In this document: in pieces, positions 19,651-29,839 of the stretch
How the letters are laid out: every line of letters begins with the position of its first letter
Position numbering within the stretch: the stretch's first letter is position 1
Assembly (NCBI GenBank): GCA_963677495.2
Contig: CAXXOU010000004.1
Location: 864,001-928,000 of the forward strand
Length of the DNA: 64,000 bases
Reading direction: 5' to 3'
From: Candidatus Cloacimonadales bacterium
Lineage (GTDB): Bacteria > Cloacimonadota > Cloacimonadia > Cloacimonadales > JAFGVF01
Position numbers and translations under genes: made by a program
The notes under the pieces: model-generated
What the model was told of the DNA's origin: nothing
The model's database searches: none
Seen by the model: only the letters and a program-made list of their open reading frames with translations

Positions 19651-20581
19651 TGATAACATACCTAAAGCCTAGTCCTGAATTCTTGTATAATGGGCATTTG
19701 TACTTCTCGATAGGGTATTTAGAGTCGATCTCTTCATTGTTTTGAAAGCAAATCATTTCATTACAACCACCACAAGAAGATGAAGCCGGAGGTGTACCTG
19801 TTAGAGTCCATTCTGAAACACCTGTTGTGACATTTTCCACTTTAGCAGTCACATCTTTCTGAACTTTACTAGCAATGGTGGTAGGGAAGAGGAGTTCTAT
19901 TTGTCTGTGATTTGGAAGTGTTACGTTTAATGTATTACAAAAAGCATTAATCTCAAACCAAGTAACTCCGGTAACAGGATCATTCGGTTTGTTTAAACGA
20001 GCGTCCTTGTACCATGGAGTGTTTCTATAACTCCATTGCATTGGCTTAGTAAGTCTTTTAAGACCTTGATAGAACCATCCTATCTTAGGATCTTTCATCA
20101 AGTCCTTCCTGATAGTCCATTTATCTTCTATTTCATATCCGTCAGCCAAAATGAACTGCTTGTATTGTTCATTTGTGACTTCAAATTTGCTTATAAAGAA
20201 CGCCTTTACAGAAATCTGTTCAAGTATTCGTTCTTTAATCTCACAACTGTATCTACCTGCTGGAACATAAACCATTTCGGAATAGAGGAAATCATTAGTA
20301 AACAACTCCATTCTATACTCATCAAATTCTCTTTTAGGAATTGAAATAGTTCTTTCTACCTTATCTACAACATCTTCTGTTATTTCTTCTCTGTAAACTT
20401 GTGCTTCCCCGTTGTGATAAAGTGTGAGAAGAACTTCAGAATTTGAAGGCACATCTACCAAGAAGTATTTAAACTCAAGCATTTCATTCTCTTCTGATGC
20501 AATAGTATCGAAGAGTACTGGGAAAGCTAATGTCGAAACATAGGCTACAAGCATTGCTGTGAGTATATATATTCTTCTCAA
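19643..20581 (-). CDS. Secreted formylglycine-generating-enzyme (SUMF1)-like domain protein
   Basis: MVYVPAG, FFISKFEVTNEQYKQF, PVTGVTWFE, VSEW, GLGFR. Confidence 0.7.
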   Translation of the reverse strand: MRRIYILTAMLVAYVSTLAFPVLFDTIASEENEMLEFKYFLVDVPSNSEVLLTLYHNGEAQVYREEITEDVVDKVERTISIPKREFDEYRMELFTNDFLYSEMVYVPAGRYSCEIKERILEQISVKAFFISKFEVTNEQYKQFILADGYEIEDKWTIRKDLMKDPKIGWFYQGLKRLTKPMQWSYRNTPWYKDARLNKPNDPVTGVTWFEINAFCNTLNVTLPNHRQIELLFPTTIASKVQKDVTAKVENVTTGVSEWTLTGTPPASSSCGGCNEMICFQNNEEIDSKYPIEKYKCPLYKNSGLGFRYVINE

Positions 20582-20587
20582 ATTATT

Positions 20588-22477
20588 CTATCCTGCATGA
20601 AACTGCATATTATAAAGCATTTTGTATCTATCACATGTCTTCAAAAGTTCATCATGCTTCCCAATACCAACAATGTTACCTTTATCCATCACAACTATCT
20701 TATCGGCTGAAATGACTGTGGAAAGTCTATGGGCAATCATGATAACAGTTCTATGGGCAGTAGCACTTTCTATTGCCTGTTGGACTTTCTGCTCTGATTC
20801 TGTGTCTAAAGCACTTGTGGCTTCATCGAAGATAAGAATTGGTGGATCACCTGCAACTGCTCTGGCGATACATAAACGTTGCTTTTGCCCACCTGATAGA
20901 TTTGAAGCTTTTGGAGCTATTTCAGTTTTATATCCCTCCTGCATTGTATCGATGAACTCATCTGCATAAGCAATCTTCGCAGCTTCTTGAATCTTCTCAT
21001 CTGATAAACCATTAAGAGTACCATAGGAGATATTCTCTGCAACGGTTGCATTGAAAAGAATAGATTCCTGAGTAACATAGCCATAAAGACTACGCAAATC
21101 ATCAACAGCAAGTTCATGAATGGATTTACCATCTATTTTAATATCTCCACCGGTTACATCATAGAAACGAAGTAATAGATTTACAAGAGTTGTTTTACCT
21201 GAACCACTATTACCAACTAATGCTACCCGTTCACCTTTGTTTATCTTTAAATCAATCGCTTTCAACACATCAGTTTCTTTGTCATAAGAGAATACAGTTT
21301 TCTCAAATGTAATAGCTTTGTTGAAACTATCAATTCTGATAGGGTTTTCAATTTCAGTAACATCCTCATCTCTATTAAGGATTTCACCAATACGGTCTAA
21401 TGATACCAGACCTTTTCTAATATTCGAGTAAGCTTTAGTGAGTTCTTTTAAAGGATGCATTGTTGAGAATATAGCGAAAAGAAATGCCATAAAGTTACCG
21501 ATGGAGAAACCTGTGGCTTGATCAAGAACAAGTTTACCACCAATGATCAGGAGTACAGCTCCCATAATAGCACTTGAAAGCTCTGAGATAGGTATATTAA
21601 AGCTAGTATAGAGGTGTGATTTTCTCCATAATTTATAGTATTTAAAACTTACTCCCTTGAACTTATCTTCTTCAGAATGCTCTTTAGAAAAGGCTTTAAC
21701 TACTTTCATGTTACTGAGTACTTCTTCCATGTATGAGAACATTGTTGAATACTGTCCCTGCTGACGTTTAGCATACTTTTTAAGCTTTTGGCCTATGAAG
21801 TTTATTAACCAACCGAACCCGGGAAGAATAAGCAGAATCATTAAGAATAGTTTTGAGTTTATTGCAATAGCAATGTAACCATACATGATTACAAGTGAGA
21901 TGTTTCTCATTATAGCTAAAGCAGAACCAATGAACTGGTCACTCACTATCTGTATATCTGATATCATCCTCACTAATGAATCTCCAGTCTTATTATCTTG
22001 GAAGAATGCCATAGATTGGTATAAGTACTTCTTAAATAAACTGGTTCTTAGTTCATATACAGTTCTACCCCTAAGAGTTAATGAAAAGACTCTATTAAGG
22101 TAAAAGAAAGTATTTTTTAGAAGGTAAATAGAGACAAAGCCGATACTTATAATCCAGAGAAGCATATAGGAATCCGTTTTCATACATAAAGCTTCAAATT
22201 GAGTACCAAGTGTTTTTAATATCTCATGATCTAAATTAAAGAGGGAGTGTTCACTCAGGAACTGTGAGATAATCATCTGAGCTTGAGAAAGAAACTCACT
22301 TGCAGTTGTAATAGTTACATCTTTTGGTGAATCGACGAATACATAGTCTAAAATAGGAACTATCATTGTGATACTCAATCCACTAAAAACAGTGAATATA
22401 AGCATTGCAATGAGACTTCCGACTAAATATTTCCAATTCTTTAGTGCTATTTTATATACTTTCTTTAATGTTTCCAT
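20588..22477 (-). CDS. ABC exporter, fused TMD-NBD (MsbA-like)
   Basis: N-terminal TMs; GNSGSGKT, LSGGQKQR, DEATSALD, IAHRLST. Confidence 0.9.
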   Translation of the reverse strand: METLKKVYKIALKNWKYLVGSLIAMLIFTVFSGLSITMIVPILDYVFVDSPKDVTITTASEFLSQAQMIISQFLSEHSLFNLDHEILKTLGTQFEALCMKTDSYMLLWIISIGFVSIYLLKNTFFYLNRVFSLTLRGRTVYELRTSLFKKYLYQSMAFFQDNKTGDSLVRMISDIQIVSDQFIGSALAIMRNISLVIMYGYIAIAINSKLFLMILLILPGFGWLINFIGQKLKKYAKRQQGQYSTMFSYMEEVLSNMKVVKAFSKEHSEEDKFKGVSFKYYKLWRKSHLYTSFNIPISELSSAIMGAVLLIIGGKLVLDQATGFSIGNFMAFLFAIFSTMHPLKELTKAYSNIRKGLVSLDRIGEILNRDEDVTEIENPIRIDSFNKAITFEKTVFSYDKETDVLKAIDLKINKGERVALVGNSGSGKTTLVNLLLRFYDVTGGDIKIDGKSIHELAVDDLRSLYGYVTQESILFNATVAENISYGTLNGLSDEKIQEAAKIAYADEFIDTMQEGYKTEIAPKASNLSGGQKQRLCIARAVAGDPPILIFDEATSALDTESEQKVQQAIESATAHRTVIMIAHRLSTVISADKIVVMDKGNIVGIGKHDELLKTCDRYKMLYNMQFHAG

Positions 22478-22547
22478 AGTCTCTTCTTAAAAGTTTTTTG
22501 TAAGGGTAAATATTGGTGGGATTTGTCAACAATAATGCATAAAAAAA

Positions 22548-22579
22548 GAAAGAAAGCTGCCCTTAGACAGCTTTCTTTT
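22548..22579 (-). terminator. Terminator downstream of secF
   Basis: AAGAAAGCTG-cccttaga-CAGCTTTCTT with A/T runs both sides. Confidence 0.75.
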
Positions 22580-22592
22580 GAAATGTATATTC

Positions 22593-23555
22593 TTATTTGC
22601 GACCGGTCATCTTCTTGAAACGAGGATGATCTTTCTTAGTTGCATGGAACCAGTCTACAACGATTGGGCTTGCAACGAAGATTGATGAGTATGTACCTGT
22701 GATAACACCCACAAGGATAGCAAATGAGAAGTCTTTGATAACAGTTCCACCAAAGATATACAGAGACAACGCAGTAAGGATAGTTGTACCTGATGTAATG
22801 ATGGTTCTGCTCAATGTTTTATTGATTGAGAAGTTGAAAACGTTAGCATAGCTGTCGCGATGACGTTTTCTTAAATCTTCACGGATTCTATCGAAAACAA
22901 CGATACTATCGTTTATTGAGTAACCAACAAGCATGAGCAATGCAGCTACGATACTTGTAGAAATCTCTTTTCCGAAGATAGAGAAGATACTGAGTGTGAT
23001 AAGAACATCATGGAAAAGTGCAATCATAGCTGCAACACCAAAGGTAAGCTCGAATCTAATCCAGATATAGATAATCATAAGGATAAGAGATACGAAGATT
23101 GCTTTGATAGCTTGCCATTTAAGTTCTTCACCAACTCTAGGACCAATTTCCTGCTGTAAACGAACAAAATCTTTTTCAGATTTATTCGCATATTCAGGTA
23201 ACTCAGTTTTGAAAGCTTTAAGGATAGCTGACATCTGGTCACCTTCTTCAGAAGTCTGGGCTTTAATTAAGAAGATTTGACTGTCTGCACCACCGAGTTT
23301 CTGAATCTCAGCACTGCTCTGGCCAACTTTCTTCATTACGTCACGAATAACATCAATTTCAACCGGTGTTGTACCTTCTTTCACTGGTGTGAAATCAAGT
23401 TCTAATGAGATACCACCTGTGAAGTCGATACCATATTTTGGCCCACCATTGATAACCATTGCAACGATACCTGCAAGGATAACAAAAGCGGAAATCATAT
23501 AAGCGATTTTACGTTTTTCAATGAACTGGAAGTTTGTGTTTGCTAATAATCTCAC
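22593..23555 (-). CDS. secF: Protein translocase subunit SecF
   Basis: GIDFTGG, IGPRVGEEL, LFHD, GYSINDSIVVFDRIRE, GTYSSIFVA. Confidence 0.96.
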   Translation of the reverse strand: MRLLANTNFQFIEKRKIAYMISAFVILAGIVAMVINGGPKYGIDFTGGISLELDFTPVKEGTTPVEIDVIRDVMKKVGQSSAEIQKLGGADSQIFLIKAQTSEEGDQMSAILKAFKTELPEYANKSEKDFVRLQQEIGPRVGEELKWQAIKAIFVSLILMIIYIWIRFELTFGVAAMIALFHDVLITLSIFSIFGKEISTSIVAALLMLVGYSINDSIVVFDRIREDLRKRHRDSYANVFNFSINKTLSRTIITSGTTILTALSLYIFGGTVIKDFSFAILVGVITGTYSSIFVASPIVVDWFHATKKDHPRFKKMTGRK

Positions 23556-23564
23556 GGTGACCTC

Positions 23565-25208
23565 CTAAATGCTCAACTTTTCGCGGTTACCGCTTGTTAC
23601 GAAAGTATCAAATAATGCTTTCACAAATACGATAGCAGTGAACATAGAACCTACAATACCGATTCCAAGTGTCACAGCAAATCCACGAATAGGACCTGTT
23701 CCGAAGTTATAAAGAACAATCGCTGCAATCAATGTTGTGATGTTAGCGTCAGCGATTGTGATAATAGCTCTTGCAAAACCTGCATCAACTGCAGATCTGA
23801 CTGTCTTACCAAGTGCAAGTTCTTCTCTGATTCTTTCGAAAATAAGAACGTTTGCATCAACTGCCATACCGATAGTAAGAATAAGACCGGCGATACCAGG
23901 CATTGTTAATGTTGCACCGAAAAGTGTAAGGATAGAAAGTGTGAATGCAATATTCAATACTAAAGCAAAGTTTGCGAATAAACCACCGATTTTGTAGTAT
24001 ATAAGCATGAAGATAGCAACAATAACCAGACCGATGATACCAGCCATTTTACCAGCTTGAATACTATCTGTACCAAGAGTAGCACCAACGTCTTTACGTT
24101 CGATAATCTCTACAGGTGCAGGAAGGTTACCGGCTTTAAGAACGATAACAAGGTCATGTGCTTCAGCCATATTGAATACACCACTAATGATAGCTCTACC
24201 ATCAGGGATTCTATCATTGATTCTTGGTGCCATATAAACAACATCATCAAGAACGATAGCAAGCATACGGTTTCTGTTTTGACCGGTAATGTTGGCAAAC
24301 TTTTTAGCACCGTTTCTGTTGAACTCAAGATTGATGATTGGTTTGTTATATGTGTTAGGATCACTCATGTTCTTACCTGTTGATGTATGTGCATCATCAA
24401 GGTAATCACCTGTAATCTCAGCATTAGAATAAAGTATATATATACCTCTGTCTGCTTTAGGATCATCTTTATCATCTTTACTAAGAGCTAACTGATAGTT
24501 TGATGGGAAAGATCTTTTGAAAGCAGGATCATCAAGAAGTTTCTTAAAGAAAGGTACATAATCATAAGCAATAGTATAAGGTCTGTCACCACTATTAATA
24601 AGGTTAGTGAAGACTTTATCCTTTTCATCTAAGAGGTCAGTTTCAACTGTCTCAGATGTAGTTGATGTAGAATCAGCTGCATCATCACTAAGGATGTCAG
24701 AAGCTACATCAGCATCTGCTTTTGCAATCTCTTCAGTAATTTCACTTAAGAAACTGTACTTATCGAGGTTTTTCTGTAAGTATTCATCGATACTGGTGAG
24801 AACTTTTTCATACTCATTTTGTTCTGCAACGAGTTTGAACTCAAGGCGTGCTGTACGTCCGATAAGGTTCTTAGCTCTGTCAAATTCCTGAATACCGGGT
24901 AACTGAACAAGAATTCTGTTCTCTCCGATTCTCTGGATTGACGGTTCTGTAACACCAAATTGGTCGATACGGTTTCTAATAATTTCAATGGCAGATTGAA
25001 CAGCGTTTTCTTTGTCAGCTTTATTGATTTTAACTTCACTGAAGTCAACTTCTAAAAGCAGTTGCATACCACCCTTCAAGTCTAAACCAAGATTCAGTTG
25101 CTTCTGAGCCCAACCCCATGGGATACCCGGTACAAATTGTAGGGTAAAATAGAGGGACAGAAGTATGAACAGGAATATTAACATTCCTCGTACTGATCTG
25201 TTTTTCAT
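23565..25208 (-). CDS. secD: Protein translocase subunit SecD
   Basis: LGLDLKGG, RIDQFGVTEP, LKAGNLPAP, GMAVDANVLIFERIREE. Confidence 0.96.
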   Translation of the reverse strand: MKNRSVRGMLIFLFILLSLYFTLQFVPGIPWGWAQKQLNLGLDLKGGMQLLLEVDFSEVKINKADKENAVQSAIEIIRNRIDQFGVTEPSIQRIGENRILVQLPGIQEFDRAKNLIGRTARLEFKLVAEQNEYEKVLTSIDEYLQKNLDKYSFLSEITEEIAKADADVASDILSDDAADSTSTTSETVETDLLDEKDKVFTNLINSGDRPYTIAYDYVPFFKKLLDDPAFKRSFPSNYQLALSKDDKDDPKADRGIYILYSNAEITGDYLDDAHTSTGKNMSDPNTYNKPIINLEFNRNGAKKFANITGQNRNRMLAIVLDDVVYMAPRINDRIPDGRAIISGVFNMAEAHDLVIVLKAGNLPAPVEIIERKDVGATLGTDSIQAGKMAGIIGLVIVAIFMLIYYKIGGLFANFALVLNIAFTLSILTLFGATLTMPGIAGLILTIGMAVDANVLIFERIREELALGKTVRSAVDAGFARAIITIADANITTLIAAIVLYNFGTGPIRGFAVTLGIGIVGSMFTAIVFVKALFDTFVTSGNREKLSI

Positions 25209-25274
25209 GATCTACTTCTCCTGTTTTATTGATTTTTATTTATCTATATTGTTTATCGAGTGGGGAAGTGGTGT

Positions 25275-25484
25275 CTATAATCTCAAAACCAATGGATGGA
25301 AAGGAACCTGACAGATATACTTGCGGATGGCTAAGAGGAAGTTCAACTCTGTAAGAATTATAAGCCACTTATATCTGATTAACGAGCGGAAAGATTTTAC
25401 AAACTTACCGAAGAAAGAGGTAAGTGTAATATATAAATGTACGATAGCTTCATATTGAAGCAGATACTTTATTTCTTCCTGCAT
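25275..25484 (-). CDS. Possible 69-aa leader ORF upstream of secD
   Basis: Fills the region between a TTGACT hexamer (25545-25550, minus strand) and secD; AAGGA 11 nt before ATG; no family recognised. Confidence 0.3.
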   Translation of the reverse strand: MQEEIKYLLQYEAIVHLYITLTSFFGKFVKSFRSLIRYKWLIILTELNFLLAIRKYICQVPFHPLVLRL

Positions 25485-25813
25485 TAACGCAAATTTCCTT
25501 TTATCTGAGATTTATCAGATCAAGTTCGATAATTGCAGACATTGAGTCAAGCTATTTTATTTGGCACTTATGATAATCCACTTCATATCTTCATACCATT
25601 ACACTTTCATTGAGCAGTCATCCAATAGATTCAATAGATTAAGTGCATCATTAGAGCATAACCGTGAAAGCAAAATACAATTACTGAGATGTCAAGTTAC
25701 TTGATAGAATATATAAGCAATTATTGTGAATAAGAATTGTTTAAATATCAATAGTAAGTTCATCCGAATACTATATGAGATTGAAAATTGATAGCAATCA
25801 TAATCTGAGTTTC

Positions 25814-28105
25814 CTACTTCAACAGCATCATCTTCTTAGTTATATCAGTAGAACCACTCTTAAATCTATAGAAATAGACTCCTGAACTCACAGCATTATT
25901 GTTAGCATCATCGCCATTCCAGATGACTGAGTGTTTACCTTGCGTGTATCGTTTATCGGAGAGAGTCTTTATCTTTTGCCCTTTGATATTAAAGATGGAA
26001 ATGTTAACATCTCCTTGATGGGAAAGATTAAATTCTATCTTCGTAGTTGGATTAAAAGGATTAGGATAGTTCGAAAGAGTAATCCTGTTAGGCTCAAGCT
26101 GCGGATTTACTTCATCATCATCAACACCGAGTGGGAGTGTTGTTAAGAAGGGATAACCATCGTTATGTTCAGGTTCAATATACCAGTAGTCCTCATCATT
26201 CCAAGGTTGAGTAATAAATCCCCACTCGAAGTCAGTATAGGTGGACATTGTCTTCATCTCAGTAGTAGTTCTGCCCATTCCACCATAACTCATTGTTTTG
26301 CCTGATGTCTCAATATCCCAAAAGCAATTGTACTCAATGGCACCATCATGATCTAGTCCAATGAATCCCCACCCATCCGGGCAATCAACATAACCAGTGC
26401 TATATGATTTATATATAATAGACTCAGAGTTACTTACTGCACCAATAAAACCGCCGGCAGTACTATCAGCTACTACCATCCCGGTGCTATAACAATTGTC
26501 TATCTCATGTGAATGGCTGCTTCCTATAAAACCACCTACTCTATAGTTACCCTCAACATTTGAGGTACTGTAGCTATTAGAGATTTCTGATACACTATTC
26601 CATCCAATCAAACCACCAACTCCTTGTCTACCCGTTATACTGTTTGTCGTATAACAATTGGAGATAAATGAATGACTATTACAATCACCTACTAAGCCAC
26701 CAAATGCGTATCCATAAAGGGTATTATCTGTAACTGTTCCGGTAGCGTGGGAGTTAGTTATTGTAGTTCTACTACAATCTCCAATTAAACCACCTACTCT
26801 AGTTGTTCCAAATACAGTTGAGTTGGAAGAACAGTTTTCAATAGTACAGTTGTAGGAAGCTCCTAATAATGCTCCTGAGTAACTACCGGCATCGAGGACA
26901 ATGTTAACTTGGCAGTTAAACAGGTCTAAATCCCTTCCATATCCTGCAATTCCACCAGATTGATAACCTCCGTTCAATTCGCCTGAGATAAGGCAATTAT
27001 TGAATGTTGAATCTGTTGCTCTTCCGCTAATCATCCCGGTGTACCGTTTCCCTGATACGGTTGAGTTACTAATAACTAAGTCTTCAAATGATGCGTTATA
27101 TGTATAACCAAATAAACCCACATAGGCTTGCTCTTCGTAGTTAAGATGAAGATTTGTTATACTGTGTCCATTCCCATTAAATGAACCTGTAAACATTGGA
27201 AAGTATATGTTTGTGAGAGCAGATAAATCAATGCTATTTGTTAACTCGAAACTATAAGCATCATATCCAAACATCAGCAGAGACTTCAGCTCATCAGCAG
27301 TTGAGATTTGATAAACACCATCAACAGAAGTGAGATAATCATCAACATTCAAATACCTTCCATTATCAAGCCAAGTTTGGAATGTTTGGCTATCTAATGC
27401 ACCAACTTTGATTGTGTGCACATCTTCTATAAGTACAGATTCATAATCATAGAAACTGTTTTGAATTACTACATTATTATTAAAGCAATCACCAACCAAG
27501 CCACCTGTCAATCCTTCTGCCCAGGTAAATTCACCAGCATAAGATACAACATCGCAGGTACTAGAACAGTTAGTAATCTGACCATCTGAAAACATACCGA
27601 CAAGACCACCTGTACATTCAGCTCCATGAACTATTCCTGAAGCTGAGCAGTTAATTATATTTCCAGTACCAATTCCAACTAGTGCACCGGAATAACCACC
27701 TAAAACATATATGTTTTCAAGATGTACATTGCTAATAGTTGCATTGTTGATTCCTCCAAATAACCCGGCTACATATCTTCCAATAGGCTCAAGATTACTT
27801 ATAGTATAACCTTGTCCATCATAATTACCTGAAAAGGAATAAGTAAATCCAATATAATGATCCCAATCACCAATAGAGTGAAACCAAACATCATTTAGAC
27901 CGTTATCAGAGCAGTCAATATCAGCAGTTTGGATGATGTGAGAATCCAGCATTGATTGATCAAAACCTAACCATAATAGGTTCTCAAAGTTTGCGATTTG
28001 GTAAGGGTCTGTTTCCGTGCCACTACCTTGTGGTTCAACAGGGTCTGAGTATAGGTTGATAAGAGATGAGAGAATTACCATGATTACTATCAACAGCTTT
28101 TTCAT
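25814..28105 (-). CDS. Secreted GLUG-repeat protein with C-terminal FlgD-Ig/T9SS-type sorting domain
   Basis: GSGTETDPYQI, repeated GGLVG/GGLIG..NSY motifs, NDGYPFL, NYPNPFNP...TKKMMLLK. Confidence 0.85.
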   Translation of the reverse strand: MKKLLIVIMVILSSLINLYSDPVEPQGSGTETDPYQIANFENLLWLGFDQSMLDSHIIQTADIDCSDNGLNDVWFHSIGDWDHYIGFTYSFSGNYDGQGYTISNLEPIGRYVAGLFGGINNATISNVHLENIYVLGGYSGALVGIGTGNIINCSASGIVHGAECTGGLVGMFSDGQITNCSSTCDVVSYAGEFTWAEGLTGGLVGDCFNNNVVIQNSFYDYESVLIEDVHTIKVGALDSQTFQTWLDNGRYLNVDDYLTSVDGVYQISTADELKSLLMFGYDAYSFELTNSIDLSALTNIYFPMFTGSFNGNGHSITNLHLNYEEQAYVGLFGYTYNASFEDLVISNSTVSGKRYTGMISGRATDSTFNNCLISGELNGGYQSGGIAGYGRDLDLFNCQVNIVLDAGSYSGALLGASYNCTIENCSSNSTVFGTTRVGGLIGDCSRTTITNSHATGTVTDNTLYGYAFGGLVGDCNSHSFISNCYTTNSITGRQGVGGLIGWNSVSEISNSYSTSNVEGNYRVGGFIGSSHSHEIDNCYSTGMVVADSTAGGFIGAVSNSESIIYKSYSTGYVDCPDGWGFIGLDHDGAIEYNCFWDIETSGKTMSYGGMGRTTTEMKTMSTYTDFEWGFITQPWNDEDYWYIEPEHNDGYPFLTTLPLGVDDDEVNPQLEPNRITLSNYPNPFNPTTKIEFNLSHQGDVNISIFNIKGQKIKTLSDKRYTQGKHSVIWNGDDANNNAVSSGVYFYRFKSGSTDITKKMMLLK

Positions 28106-28289
28106 AATACCTCCAAAAGTATTGCATTGCCTGATAGTTTATGGTGATAGAGAGATTAGGATTAATCTAGCTATCAGCATAAACATCTACATTATTGATA
28201 TGTAAATCTAGCGTGTCAAGGATTTAGTTTTTTACACCTTGGTCTTTTAAAGTATTCTCTTATTGTACTATTCAACAAAACGCAGTCAT

Positions 28290-28386
28290 CCCACTGTTTT
28301 CCCACTGTGCACGCACTGTGCACCCAGTGAAACAGTGGGTTGGTAGTGCCTTCACAGTGCGTACACAGTGCAAACGCAGTGCGTTG
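28290..28386. repeat. 11-bp periodic CACTG / CAGTG inverted array
   Basis: CACTGT at 28292,28303,28314; CAGTG-like at 28333,28344,28355,28366,28377. Confidence 0.8.
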
Positions 28387-28431
28387 ATGGATAGAGCAGT
28401 AAAAGAGAGTAAAAAGGGCAATAAATATAGC

Positions 28432-28616
28432 TAAGTCATTGCAAATCGCACTGTGTATGTCTATTTCGGACTTGCGTTGCAGCGATAGCGTGACGCGAGA
28501 ACGAAATCAGGGATATGCTACATCGGAGTGCATTTTAGGAAGTCCGTTTGCCTTATCAGGCTGACAAACTCCCTGAAATGCGGTAAGTCATTGCAAATCG
28601 CACTGCGTATATCTGT
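28432..28616. repeat. Direct repeat pair (22 bp identical) enclosing a stem-loop motif
   Basis: TAAGTCATTGCAAATCGCACTG at 28432 and 28584; enclosed 28528-28583 matches 18128-18190 in reverse complement. Confidence 0.7.
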
Positions 28617-28641
28617 TCATAGCCTAATTGATTGAGATATT

Positions 28642-28667
28642 AAAATTGGGCTGATTACTCAGCCCAA
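28642..28667 (-). terminator. Terminator after lon-era operon
   Basis: TTGGGCTGA-ttac-TCAGCCCAA, T-run on minus strand. Confidence 0.75.
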
Positions 28668-28686
28668 GATAAATCTATTGTTTAGT

Positions 28687-29574
28687 TTAGAAACCTAACT
28701 CTTTTAGATAAAGGTTATTCTTTCTCCAGGATTTCTTTACTTTTACCCAAAGATGGACAAGAACCTTTGTCTCAAGCATCTTGCTTAAATCCTTTTCAAC
28801 AGCAATCCTAATCTTTTTAAGACCACTACCTCTAGAACCGATAATTATAGGTTTTTGACTCTCACGTTCAATCCAGATTGTAGCATCAATATTGATAACA
28901 TCCGGTTCCTCCTTATATCGATCAACCATCACAGCTGTGGAATATGGTACTTCTTTATCAAATATGAGGAAAATCTTTTCCCTTATCATCTCTTGAGCGA
29001 AGAAACGCATTGGGAGATCAGATAAGTTTTCAGGATCATAGAAGGGAGGTGAATATGGAAGCAAATCAGTAAGTTTTTGCATTAATGCTTCATTGTTAGT
29101 TCCTTTCAAGGCTGAAATACCGAAAACATAATCAAACTTCTCTTCAAGAAGCTTCTTCTTCTCCTCGAAGTCTTCATTTGAAGTAAGATCGATTTTGTTT
29201 AACACCGCTACTCTAGGAACTCTGACTTTCCCGGCTTTCTCAATAACCTGATTATCATAATCAGTTGGGAAGTCCCTAATATCAGTCATAAAGAGAACAA
29301 TATCAGCATCCTTCAAAGAGTCTGATATAATATTTCTCATTCGAGTATGAAGCTCATAACGTGGTTCTACAAACCCGGGAGTATCAACAAACACAATCTG
29401 TTTCTGCTTATCGGAATAGATACCTTTGATTGACTGTCTGGTTGTTTGAGGTTTAGGAGTAGTTATTGATAACTTCTCTCCAATTAGGGCATTCAGCAGT
29501 GTTGATTTACCTACGTTGGGCTTACCAATAATGGCAACATATCCGCATTTATAGCTAGTTAAATCTAATTCCAT
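28687..29574 (-). CDS. era: GTPase Era
   Basis: GKPNVGKSTL, KPQTTR, DTPG, NKID, C-terminal KH domain. Confidence 0.96.
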   Translation of the reverse strand: MELDLTSYKCGYVAIIGKPNVGKSTLLNALIGEKLSITTPKPQTTRQSIKGIYSDKQKQIVFVDTPGFVEPRYELHTRMRNIISDSLKDADIVLFMTDIRDFPTDYDNQVIEKAGKVRVPRVAVLNKIDLTSNEDFEEKKKLLEEKFDYVFGISALKGTNNEALMQKLTDLLPYSPPFYDPENLSDLPMRFFAQEMIREKIFLIFDKEVPYSTAVMVDRYKEEPDVINIDATIWIERESQKPIIIGSRGSGLKKIRIAVEKDLSKMLETKVLVHLWVKVKKSWRKNNLYLKELGF

Positions 29575-29587
29575 TTTACTCTCTTTA

Positions 29588-29839
29588 TTAATAGAAATTC
29601 CTGGTTGGGGGAGACCAGCTTTTGAGAAACTTCAATATCTCATCAGCATTTTGAACGAAGTCCTTCATGACATTTACCTTGAAAAGCTGCTTCTTCTGAT
29701 CTATAGTTGAATAGTTAAACCAACCCTCAAAAGATTCCAGGATGTAGCCAAGTACTATTACCTCCTCTTTGGGAGTAAAAAGTACTAGTTCTAAAGACCT
29801 ATCTTGCAATACTTTTCTGGTAATAATCTTGAACTTCAT
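29588..29839 (-). CDS. Small hypothetical protein (DUF4911-like)
   Basis: YILESFEG motif; tightly coupled between lon and era. Confidence 0.55.
   Translation of the reverse strand: MKFKIITRKVLQDRSLELVLFTPKEEVIVLGYILESFEGWFNYSTIDQKKQLFKVNVMKDFVQNADEILKFLKSWSPPTRNFY

Noticed and set aside
25580..25660. Additional 11-bp array
   Set aside because: Only a 3-bp core (CAT at 25597, 25608, 25619); too weak to distinguish from chance
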